NCBI GenBank assembly: GCA_951406725.2
Contig: OX597824.1
Span: 36,394,001 to 36,458,000, forward strand
Reading direction: 5' to 3'
DNA: 64,000 nt
Source: Octopus vulgaris
Taxonomy: Eukaryota
The position numbers and the translations under genes were made by a program. The number at the start of each line of letters is the position of its first letter. Within the stretch, counting starts at the first letter, position 1. Below the pieces are notes generated by a model, which saw only the letters and a list, made by a program, of their open reading frames with translations, was not told where the DNA came from and ran no database searches. Below, piece by piece: positions 52,758 through 64,000 of this stretch.

Positions 52758-55063
52758 CACACACTCACACACACATATATATATATACTTTCATACAGGT
52801 ATACATGTACATATATCCATACATTCAGAAATTTATACATATATATATATATATATATACACACACATACATGTATACACACGCACACATGCATGCATAC
52901 ATATACACACCACACCCACACACACACACACGTATTTATGTATGCATGTATGTATATACATAAATACAAGTATATATTATTGATTGAAGAAAGAGGAAAC
53001 TCATCAACACCAGCTGTGATGTTGCCATTGTTACATTCTCATCTTCTATTCTCTTAGAATACATTCCTTCACCTTATTTTGATCTGCAGAATGTTGAATG
53101 AAACATTCAATTAATCACTCACCAAATGTGTCTGAATTTTCAGACACAGTAAGTAATTTTATGAAAATTATAATTAAAAATTGGTTTGTAGATTGCAGAA
53201 GTTTATAATGAGTTTAATCAACTGATTGGAAACAAGTTAATATTAAATATTACATATACATATTAATTTAAGTGAATCCTTTCACAAACTGCATGGGTTT
53301 ATAAAGCCTTCACTTCATGGCAGTTTCTGTAGAATTAAGCAGATAAGAGACAAATCTATCATGGAACAAAGCATAAGTCAACCATGTCAGATATAGAAAT
53401 GATATGGTTGAATAAATATACAGTATTGGACAGTCGGCTTAGGGTTCAGGAGTTCAAACCCACTGCTGGTGTTTCGTTGTGTTACTGGATAGGATGTTTC
53501 ATCCTACTTTGCCTCTGTTATTCAAGTTGTGGAGTATAGGCACCAGAGATTTTTTTTTTATTGGAAAGTTACATGCTATGGAACAGATTCGTATCCAATA
53601 GAAGATTTGTATCAAATCTGCTTAAGACTAGGGAAACCAGAGTTGAGCACTGCCCATAGAGAAAACAAAGAAAGTTGAGAAAGGACTAACTTTGTACATA
53701 TTGAGGTTGGAACAGTCTAAAAACAAGATATACCTCTGAAAATACTCCTTTTTTTTTCCCAAATAAGTTTTAAAATTTTTCTTTCTTCTTTCATTTCTTT
53801 CTTTTTTTTTTCTTTTTGTTCACTGGTTTTGCAACTAGCAGCATGGAAGAGTTGCAACACAGTTCTAAGAGCACCTATACTTACTAATATAATCCATGAT
53901 ACCTTTTATTTCAAGATATATATTTTTTTTTGAAAGAAATCATAAAATAGTAAGAGTCAAAAATAAAGAAAACAATTAAAACAATTTATACAAAATTAAA
54001 ATTAAGAAGAAAAAAAATAAACATCATAGATTATATCAGTTTGGGTTTAAGTGTATTTCTGGCAGAGATCCATGTGTGTGTGTGTGTGTTGTGTGTGAGT
54101 GAGTGTGTGTGTCTTGTGTGAGTGAGCATGTGTGTTGTGTGTGAGTGAGTGTTTGAGTGTATGTATGCATGTGTGTATGTATGTGTGTGTGTGTGTGTGT
54201 ATGTGTGTGTGCATGTGTGTATGCCTTCGTGTGTGTGCATGCAGTAGTACTGAGAGAGAGTTATGTGATACTGGTGTGAAAGCACTGTATTACAAAAAAA
54301 AGCTGATTAAAAAGTAAAGCTTAGAATGTAACAAAAACCCCCAAAGTAAAATTTAAATTACCAACTTACTGCTACATAACAACACATGTATACATACATA
54401 AAACCAACCCCAACAAACATATACACACACAGGCATGCACACACACACACGCACAAACATACACACACACAATGCTATCAACTTCAGTACTTATACGCAC
54501 AAACATACATAATGATCTTATACATGGTTGCTACAAAAGAACTTTTAGAAACACATATAAACACACTCTCATTTAACAATAAACATTTTCACTTGAGTCT
54601 GAGCAGACATAACCATAATACATATGTGTGATCCCAAAATAAATAAAAAAAACTCTTATTTTTAAATAGAAAATGAAAAGAAACTCAAAAGAAAACCATT
54701 TGAATCTGTGTCCACATGCATCAATGTCGAAGAGTTAAACTTGTTTAAACCAGGCATTCTCAAAGAATTCACTTTATTTTTCAGGAGAGAAAAAAAAAAT
54801 GTTCTCATGAACCAAGCATTCAGAATAAGGATCATGCATGACTTCTTTCAATAAACTAGAAAACTGTTATCAGGGGTCTTAATTTTTAGGGCTGAAACTT
54901 CTTCAGAGCACAGGATATATATATATATATATATATGTATTTATATATATACACACACACATATATATATATATATATACATACATATATATATACATAC
55001 ATATATATATATGTGTGTATATATACATACATACATATATATATATATACATATATGTATATA

Positions 55064-55174
<111 letters not shown>

Positions 55175-55767
55175 CATACATACATATATATATAGTCCAG
55201 TAATGTAATTGATGAAAAAATTTTATGATGGTCAAAGTCAGGCAGATTATGAAAGAAAATGTCTCTACATATTTTTCTGTTGTGTTACACCCTGTTCTTC
55301 ATGCTCAAACTATCAATTGATCTGAATTGGGGGGTTAAAAACAAAACAATAACCAGAAACAGACAAAAAAAAAAAAAACTACATGACAAGAAAAGCTGAA
55401 CAAATGAAGAAAGTAACAAAATACAGAAGCTTACATTGAATAAAAATCAAAATAAATGAAACAAATATATTTTTTTTTTAAATGTAGGATTCAATACTGG
55501 CTGCATTTTTACAGAAGGAGGGAAAAAAAAAAAGAATTTTTAATGCTCATTTGACAGAATATAAAGATATAGCTTTTGATTAACAGAAGCAATTAAAAAT
55601 TAATAAAGCACTAATTTTTAACATATTTCAGCATTTAAATCACACCTTTACTTTCTTATATATATGTGTGTGTGTGTATATATATGTATATATACACACA
55701 CATATATATATACACACACACACACATATATATACACATATATATACATGCATATATATATATGTAC

Positions 55768-55864
<97 letters not shown>

Positions 55865-56406
55865 TACATATATATATGTTTATTATATATATATATATTT
55901 ATATATACATACATACATACATACATACAAAGATATATATGTGACTGTATATACATATATATAAGTACAATAAAACTGTAACTCAGAGAGAGCTTGAAGA
56001 AATGAATAACTCTCTACAAGTTTCATTTACTGGGAGGAGGGGGGCAAAAAAAAACAAAGAAAAAAGAAAACAAAACAAACTGTATTTGTTCCCAAATAGT
56101 TAACGGCTAGGGAATGAAGACAATGTCCTCGACAAAAGCTCAGTAGCTTTGAATGCACCACTATTATAAAACAGTTGCAACAGATTCCCCCATATCATCT
56201 TCACAGGGTCACAGTCATTGGATGGGGGAATAGAAAACTGAAAGAAGATGGAATCGGTATAAGTTAGGAGCAGCACAGCTCAGCTGAATTATTGGATTCA
56301 TTGTCCAAGCACTTTGCTTTGTTGGAATTCAGTTGTGACTTGTGTATTTTAGAGTTTGTTTTACTGTAGATCCTACACGAACAAGCTTTATGGTGTAAAA
56401 TGCTAG

Positions 56407-56553
56407 CTAGCCTGTATCGTGGTAATTCCTGCTTGACTCTCTTACATCTGCACCACTGCTAATGTCTGGGTTATGGCAACTGGCTTGCATTGAGACAGAG
56501 CGATAACGTAATTCTTCAACATAATCCTTGATCAACTGAGAAATTTGAGTTGC
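56407..56553 (-). CDS. MyTH4-FERM unconventional myosin (class XXII/VII-like), last coding exon
   Basis: Acceptor tttctgtag|, phase 0. ATQISQLIKDYVEEL is the FERM F3 terminal helix; TAG at 56409-56407. Confidence 0.75.
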   Translation of the reverse strand, partial: ATQISQLIKDYVEELRYRSVSMQASCHNPDISSGADVRESSRNYHDTG

Positions 56554-57806
56554 CTACAGAAAAACAGAAACAAGAAGACATGGGAAATGAAAGCAGCTGA
56601 GAATAGTTAAGATTGAAGTATTCAAGAAAAACAATTTTTAAAGACATATATTAATACAAAAATACAATACATGTGCATATGATATATATGTGTGATTGAG
56701 TGTTTGGGTGTATGTGTGCATGTATGTGTGTATGAATATATGTATATAATGTTGAAGGGTCTTGCTGCTGGTGCCATATAAAAAGGACCCATTGTACTCT
56801 GTAAAGTGGTTGGGTTTAGGAAGGGTACCCAACCATAGAAACCATACCAAAGCTGACACTGGAACTTGGTGCACTCCTCTGCCTCACCAGCTCCTGTCAA
56901 ACAATCCAATCTATGCAAGTATGGAAGATGGATGTTATATGTTGATGATGGTGATGATGAAGGTTCTTGTAGGCACATTGACAAAGTTGTTAGAGTGTCA
57001 GATGGAAACTTCACATTATTTGCTCTGACTCTGTGCCCTGAATTCAAGTCCTATCAAGTCAGCATTGATCTTTTCAGGGTTAAAAAAAATGCACCATTCC
57101 AAGGTAGCTGCTCGGTAGATTTAATCACAAAAGACAAATAAAGGCACATTAAATATCACACAAGATAAATTCCCAGCTTATTGAAACTGCCATTGGCTAC
57201 TCTGAGTTATTTCTCTCAGCTCATTTTACTTTTATTTATACTAATTACTGGAGCCATTGATGTGTTCTGCTTTTTCTGCTGTATATGTCTAAGTGATGAA
57301 TTTTTATGCAACTAAGGGTGAGTAACTGCTGTGCTGGTGATGCCTACTGAGGCAGGATCAGGAGTCCATAACTCTTCTTGTCTCCATACAACCAGTGTTT
57401 TTTTACCTTAACAATATGTCAATTTTAGATACATACACAAATAAATATATATATACACACACATGTATATATATTTCATCCAAAGCAACCTTAGCCTTAA
57501 ACTGTGCAACAGTCACTCACCATCACAATGGTTAATTCTGTCAACATCCTTCCAGTTCAATAGCGTGATATAAAAGTTACACATCTCTGACGATTTAACA
57601 ATATGTTTTGATTATATAACTAATAATCAATTTATGTTAATGAAATGTATGAGGGTGTGTGTGTGTATGTATGTGCATGCATGTTTGTATGTGTATGTAT
57701 GCATGTGTGTGTATACATTGTGTAATGCCAATTGATTTTTCCATTGAACAACAGAAGTTATAGCAGAGAGCTGCACATGAAGCAAGGCAGTAAAATTATA
57801 GTTGAC

Positions 57807-58020
57807 CTTTTCTACTCTAGGCACAAGGCCTGAAATTTTTGGGGCGGGGGTCAGTCGATTAGATCGATCCCAGTATGCAACTGGTACTTAATTTATCGAC
57901 CCTGAAAGGATGAAAGGCAAAGTCGACCTCAGCGGAATTTGAACTCAGAACGTAAAGACAGACAAAATACCACTAGGCATTTTGCCAGGCATCCTAACAT
58001 TTCTGCCAGCTCGCCGCCTT
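57807..58020 (-). mobile_element. tRNA-derived SINE in myosin intron
   Basis: Same family as 19110 and 20977-21560, with apparent TSD aaattatagttgacct on both sides. Confidence 0.85.
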
Positions 58021-58243
58021 AAATTATAGTTGACCTAAATGCGATATTTAATCACTGATGAGTGCACACCAACTCAACAGGTGTCTGTGAATTAAGAAAG
58101 CAGGTAGAATGAAGCCTCAAATATACAACATAAAGTAAATAAAGAATATTTACTACAAATTAGCTTGTACAATGTCCAATGACAGAAAAACCAATAAAAG
58201 AATTTTAAAAAAGAATAACAAGGAGATCAAAGTTCAGTTTTAC

Positions 58244-58363
58244 CTGATTGGTATTAAACATATATTTGGATCCTTTGGCAACATGACCAATAACAATCAT
58301 TATACTGGTCAAAGAAGGACTGGAATGAGCAACTTCTGAGTATGAAAATGAAGAGATGACTTT
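58244..58363 (-). CDS. MyTH4-FERM myosin, penultimate exon
   Basis: ttgcag|KVISSFSYSEVAHSSPSLTSIMIVIGHVAKGSKYMFNTNQ|gtaaaa; 120 nt, phase 0-0. Aligns with FERM F3 of myosin VII-type tails. Confidence 0.85.
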
Positions 58364-58584
58364 CTGCAATGAAAAATTGATATAAGTTTTATGAGGAGGA
58401 ATTTCTAGACTGTGTCCATAAGTTAAGCAAATCCCAGCAAATATATATAAGTATATATAGATAGCTCTTGACTAAAGTATAACAAAGTCATGTATCAACC
58501 CTGTATCAACTAGTTTAATTTGTGAATTATATGACTGATATGTAAAATTTAGATTTATGGATGTTTTGATCCTCAAAACTATGT

Positions 58585-58752
58585 AGAGGTGCAGCAGTGG
58601 CTGTGTGGCAAGTAGCTTGCTAACCAACCACATGGTTCCGGGTTCAGTCCCACTGCATGGCCCCTTGAGCAAGTGTCTTCTACTATAGCCTTGGGCCAAC
58701 CAAAGCCTCGTGAGTGGATTTGGTAGACGGAAACTGAAAGAATCCCGTCATA

Positions 58753-58805
<53 letters not shown>

Positions 58806-59010
58806 ATATGTTTGTGTGTCTGTGTTTGTACCCCCAACTCGCTTGACAACAGATGTCTGTGCTTATGTCCCCGTAACTTAGCGGTTCAGCAAAAGAGACC
58901 GATAGAATAAGTAATAGGCTTCCAAAGAATAAGTCGTGGGGTCGATTTGCTCGACTAAAAGGCAGTGCTCTAGCATGGCCACAGTCAAATGACTGAAACG
59001 AGTAAAAAAG
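58585..59010 (+). mobile_element. tRNA-derived SINE (second family) with internal microsatellite
   Basis: Head gtggctgtgtggcaagtagc...ggttccgggttcagtccc (A/B boxes); tail gactgaaacgagtaaaa. Confidence 0.8.
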
Positions 59011-60190
59011 TAAAGTATACAGATCTCTAACAATATGAGTGTTTAAATAGAGATCAAACAGCTATAGATAGTTCTAATAACCCTTTACAAATAGCCTAAG
59101 AAAGTTTAATTAGTATTTGCTAGTATTTTGTAGCAAGCTATACTAAGTAAGAGAATTAACATAGATCTAATTAGTAACTTGTAATCCAGTAGTTGTAGAA
59201 ACCATGCTAAAGAGACAACAGAGCTTGCCACAGCCCCTCAGTTTAGTTTGTTAGTGCTTGTCAAACAGTCCAGCCCATGAAAGCATGGAAAAGGGATGTT
59301 AAATGATGATGTTTTTTCAAATCAGGAAAAGGCTAAATATGTCAAAAATTGCTTTCCTTTAGTTCCATGATCCTTAACATAGATCTGGTTATGATTTAGC
59401 TGAACAATAATGGCAGTTATTAAGGACATTGTTGTTAGATTTAATTGATGAACAATTATTGGTAAGTCTATCAAAGAATGGTATTAGAATCATGACATTT
59501 CCCTTCTAATTGCCAGAAAATTATTAGAATTAGGTTTCAAGAGGTGAATATGAGAAACTAAATTTGTTCAGTATCTTACAGAGAATTTTTTAAAAATGAG
59601 ATACACATTCCAGACTGTAATCTTGTGAAATTGGGACAACATGGAGTAGTTAAATTATTTTGATTTAAAATCCATTTCTTTTTCAACAAAATTTTCTCTA
59701 AATAGAGAAATGGTAAAGCTAAAATTGTTCAAAAAGCTCAGCTAAAATGGCAGAAAAGTCTCATATCTAATTCTTCCCACTAGGTATGCTGACGCCAAGT
59801 AAAATTCGTCAGTGCTGTAGCATACATTTGGGCCATCTTGTGCAGTAGCCAAATTGGTCTACCCCTTGTTTAAATATAATATAATCTTCAACTATAGTAA
59901 ACATCATCATCATCATTTAACGTCTGTTGTCCATGCTGGCATGGGTTGGGTGGTTTGACTGGGCTGGCATGCTGGAAGGCTGCACCAGGATCCAGTCTGA
60001 TCCAGGATCTAGTCTATGGCTGGATGCCCTTCCTAACACTAACCACTCCAAGAGTGTAATGGGTGCTTTTACAGGCCACCGGTACTGGGTGCCATTTGCA
60101 TGACACCAGTATCTGCCATGACTGCAATTTTGCTCAGCTTAATGGGTTTTCTTCTCAAGCACAACATAATGCCAAAGGTCTTGGTCATTG

Positions 60191-60390
60191 CCTCCATGAG
60201 GCCCAGTGCTCAAAAGGAGCTCAGCCACTTTGCCTTCATGAGGTCCAATGCTCAAAAGGAACTCAGTCACCTCACCTCCATGAGGCCCAACACTTGAAAG
60301 GAACTAATCCACTTTACCTCCATGAGGCCCAGGAGCTCGGTCACTTTGCCTCTCTGAAGCCCAATGCTTGAAAGGAACTCAGCCACCTCA
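60191..60390. repeat. About 5 tandem units of about 42 bp within a SINE-like repeat
   Basis: Unit cctccatgaggccca.tgct..aaaggaactcagccac.t.. Confidence 0.8.
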
Positions 60391-60722
60391 CCAGTCACCC
60401 TTCCACCCTGTATGGTCTGCTGCACACCTCACACACCCCTGAGTACACTGACCAATAAAATATTTGGTATGTAGCTGAGTTTTTAGCTATGTTGTTAAAT
60501 GATTCAACAGATATGAGTATCTCTCAGGTGTGGACTTTTAAATTACAATAGAAAAATGAATATGGAAGATGATGAGCCAATAGGTATATTAAATACTGCA
60601 TAAGTCAAATGAGCAGAAGATTTGCTACAGTAGATCTTAGTGTACACAAGATATGATGTTTTATTAGTTTGTCTTGTTTAAGGCTACAAAAGAGAATGAC
60701 ACAGTATATATATATATATATA

Positions 60723-61235
60723 CTAGCAGAAATATCTGTCGTTGACCGGGTTCAGAAAGAGTCTTCAAAAATCATACCCTGATTTATGAAAGTTACTGCT
60801 TTGATATTATTGAATGTTTTGTAGTGGAATTATTGCCAGGTTTCAGCCCAAAAAGTTATAATATTTTACTAATGGGTCTGCTGATAGTCAGTCTCTTCAG
60901 CTCTTTCTCTTTTCCTATGCTGAGATTGCTTAGGTAGTCCAAATTTAATTTTTTTTTGAGGCATTGTAGTAGGGTGAATTAATCCATAAGACAGGGGACT
61001 TAACTCATATTAGCAAACTTATGGATTTCACTGATGTGAAAATTGGTGAAAGTTATGGCTAAAAAGCTATTTTCACTGCTATCTGTGTGTGCCTCGGGAA
61101 AAATAAGTTGACAAAAGCACAGCCATGGTTGTGACCAACGTCCTCCTAAAATTGGAGCAACATGCGTGCTAATTTGTGGCCATGCATAAAGTACATTCAT
61201 ACACCCACACACACACATCCTGCCTTTTATATATA
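60723..61235 (-). mobile_element. Non-autonomous Helitron-like element
   Basis: (TA)n-ACTAG start with adjacent GC-containing imperfect hairpin; ends ctgccttttatata, the same layout as the 8-14 kb Helitrons. Confidence 0.5.
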
Positions 61236-62138
61236 TATATACAATGAACTTTAGAGTATTAAAATATATGATTAAATTCCACTTATGAGATGAAATTATC
61301 ATCTTTCAACAATCATTGCCTCCTTGTTGTTGTAAAACCTTTCATAGCTCAATAAGATATTCACATTATAAATTCCTGAAAATATGAGTTTAATAAAGAA
61401 TGTTTTGTTACATTTCATACATCTGAATCCAACTGAATAAAGGAATTAGAGTCTTTATTCAGAAGCTGAGTATTGAAACAACTCTTTATTTCCTTCCTCA
61501 AACACACGAGAGAAAATTGAACTCAGAATTCCATTGTCTCTCTAAAAAACCTCAATTATGACGATGTCACAACATAAATAACAGTGATGTGATATAATCA
61601 ACACTTCAGTCAATATTTCTACACTGACATGGATTTGGTCAGTTGAAACTCAACAATGTAATCTCTGGATGACCTAGACTGAACAGGCACATGATCAAAG
61701 GCATTCCAGCTGTGACCACACTACCTAGGTTTTAGGAATCCTGTATCCATTTATTTCACATACCCTTCCATACGTTTTTCATGTTTTACATGATAGGGTA
61801 TAATATGAGGGCGATTTGGCTGCTATTCCTAGTATGTTGAGCAGATGCATAGCAGTTTCCTTTATTGACATGGTAGAGTCAAGAATAACCATAGAGATGA
61901 CAGAATGAGTTAATCCTGCTTACTTCTGACTGAGCAAAAGGCTAATTTTTGTAGAAGAGGAGCTAAAGTTGATATAATCAGCCCTAAATATACAATTATT
62001 TGTATATTCACCACAGAAAGTTTGAAAGGCAGAATAAAGTATCAATAGAATGGCCTATAGATTTAGAACATGGAAAATCTGTAAAGTTATGAATTTTGCT
62101 TGCTTCACACTGCACTAAATGTTTGGATTTTAGATTAA

Positions 62139-62359
62139 CCCTTTCGTTACTGTATTTATTTTGAGATGCTCTGTGTTTCTTTCAAATATTTTAAGTATAA
62201 CAAAGTATTTAGTAAAATAACTTAGTTATAATTAAGCTAGTGTTAGGAACATAAATTGTGACTAAGGTTTGGTGGAAGATTTTAAATCAGAACTTTTAAA
62301 AACAAGACATTTGTACTACAAAGCCAGAGCTGGTTTCAGCCAGGTTGGTAACAAAAGGG
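62139..62359. mobile_element. piggyBac-type MITE
   Basis: TTAA|ccctttcgttac ... gtaacaaaaggg|TTAA: TTAA target duplication and CCC/GGG termini. Confidence 0.9.
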
Positions 62360-62447
62360 TTAAAATGTGATATAAGAGTGTCTGGGGGAGAAAAGGAATA
62401 ACCAGTCTGATTTGTTAATAAAGCTTGTCAAGTTTCATTATACTTAC

Positions 62448-62531
62448 AAAGGACTTCAGCTCTAGAAAGTGAATGCCATGCTGATGCACTGCTAAAAGCA
62501 ATGTCTTTGGTAAACTTGATGTATAAGATTG
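62448..62531 (-). CDS. MyTH4-FERM myosin, third-from-last exon (gene continues off the right edge)
   Basis: ttctag|QSYTSSLPKTLLLAVHQHGIHFLELKSF|gtaagt; 84 nt, phase 0-0; first strands of the FERM F3 lobe. Confidence 0.85.
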
Positions 62532-64000
62532 CTAGAAGAAAAGAAAAATATTCCAGTTAGAAGAAATGAAGAATATAAATGAAAATAATGGCTGGTTGTG
62601 ATGTGTTGTATTGAGTGGTGTGCCATATAAAGCAGTGTGCCACATAGAGAGTATGAGTGTCATATACTCTTTGACATGTGAAACAAAATGTGATTATGTT
62701 GACAAAGTAAACTTCAGTTTGCTTGCTTTAGCAACAACTTTGTTGTTCTGTCACAGATATTTAATGTCAATTACACTGATTTAAATTCTGCAATCACAGC
62801 AGATTGAAACATTTGTGTAATACATCATCATCATCATCATGACAACAACAGTGGTGGTGGCAGCGACGATGACGACGATGAGGACAATGATGATGATGCA
62901 TGATATAGGGACCAGTAGAGTGATATTAGAATGGTCAGTGATAATCTGCATTGGTATGAACTTTTTAGAGAATATGAAAAAAAGAGCTATTGGTACATCA
63001 TGAGAAATAGAGACTAACACTTTTAAGGATAAAATAGGACAAAAGTATTGAGGAAGAATCCGTTCTTTTCATCATCTACGTCTTTCAGTTAGATGGACAT
63101 CAACCACAAAGACCTCCAGTTGCACAGCCCTCTAAATTTCTGACTCCAATTTTTCCAACCTAAACAACTGCTTGACTATCATTTGTTTTTAAATTAAGGA
63201 CAACTGTCTCATTCATTGTGACTTCTTTGTTCATGATTCCTCTAATCCCTTGTTACTCAATGAACACTACTTGCACAAAAACCCTTTTTTTTTTGTTATT
63301 CTTAAATCTCTGCTTTGTACAAGATATACACAGCAGTGATGTTACAATAAATAAATAAAGCAGTGGTATATGAATGTCAGTAGAGGCCAAAATATAAAAT
63401 GTAAAATGATTTCAAAAATAGAAATATTACATTTCTAAATATCTCAGAGATATATAAGCAGTAGTGGTACGATGTATACTGTCAACTTAATGTGACAGTC
63501 TCATGAAGGGAATCACACCACTGCTATTTAGCCCTAGGAAGCATCAACGCTGCCTATTGGCCTTGACACATTTCCTGTGTCCTTATGTTTACAAGGGGGA
63601 GACAAGCACCCCCATCCAGCTAAGCCTGCACCCAGAGACTAGTTTCTGAGTCTTGCTCGTCATCAGTCTGGAGTAGCATAGCCTGCTAGTTGGAGATGCT
63701 TGTCTAGGCCTTGTAAACATATAAGAATTCCAGTGAAATAAACCCACATATCAACAAGAAGGTAATGCCACTGTATTGTAATATTATGTAAGGTACAATA
63801 CTTAGCAAATTATTTTGTTTAATATAGGATATTTTATCTATTGATTTGATCGGGAAGATGGGAGTACAGCCATGGTCAAGGACTGGTGAGATCATGTGGT
63901 TTGATGTTCCTGTTGATTGCTTCTAAGTTGTTGGTTACAGGAAAATCATGAACTGAGAAGATATTCCAGAGAATCAACAGTCTGGGGATGAAAGACTTGA

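Noticed and set aside
58585-58660. tRNA genes
   Set aside because: The A/B-box sequences are SINE heads attached to SINE bodies and do not form complete cloverleaves.
60191-60390. CRISPR-like array or Cys/His-repeat protein (ORF 60063-60371)
   Set aside because: Contiguous degenerate tandem units without unique spacers, within a SINE-like repeat in a eukaryotic intron.
63057-63160. Additional myosin exon
   Set aside because: An acceptor-like site is present on the minus strand, but there is no good donor and no FERM-like translation.

Overview
AT-rich, microsatellite- and transposon-saturated animal DNA. The SINE and repeat landscape points to a coleoid cephalopod, most likely Octopus. The main content is a tandem duplication (offset about 22.4 kb) of a two-exon gene for a secreted M4 (thermolysin-family) zinc metalloprotease. 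It closely resembles gammaproteobacterial pseudolysin (LasB)/vibriolysin. Each copy has a TATA box, a 49-nt signal-peptide exon missed by the ORF track, a 5.2-5.5 kb GT-AG intron and one long intronless exon (FTP/PepSY propeptide, HELAH catalytic domain, PPC-like C-terminal domain). Copy 2 is intact (651 aa). Copy 1 has a 1-bp frameshift in a C-run and a Helitron in its 3' UTR. Around the substrate cleft the paralogs differ by 11 nonsynonymous and 0 synonymous substitutions. The rest of the window holds Helitrons, Penelope-like fragments with many hammerhead-ribozyme motifs (including a fold-back element with two), Tc1/mariner, piggyBac, four LINE clades and SINEs. The last three exons of a MyTH4-FERM myosin lie on the minus strand at the right end. 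All alignments and counts were made by eye.
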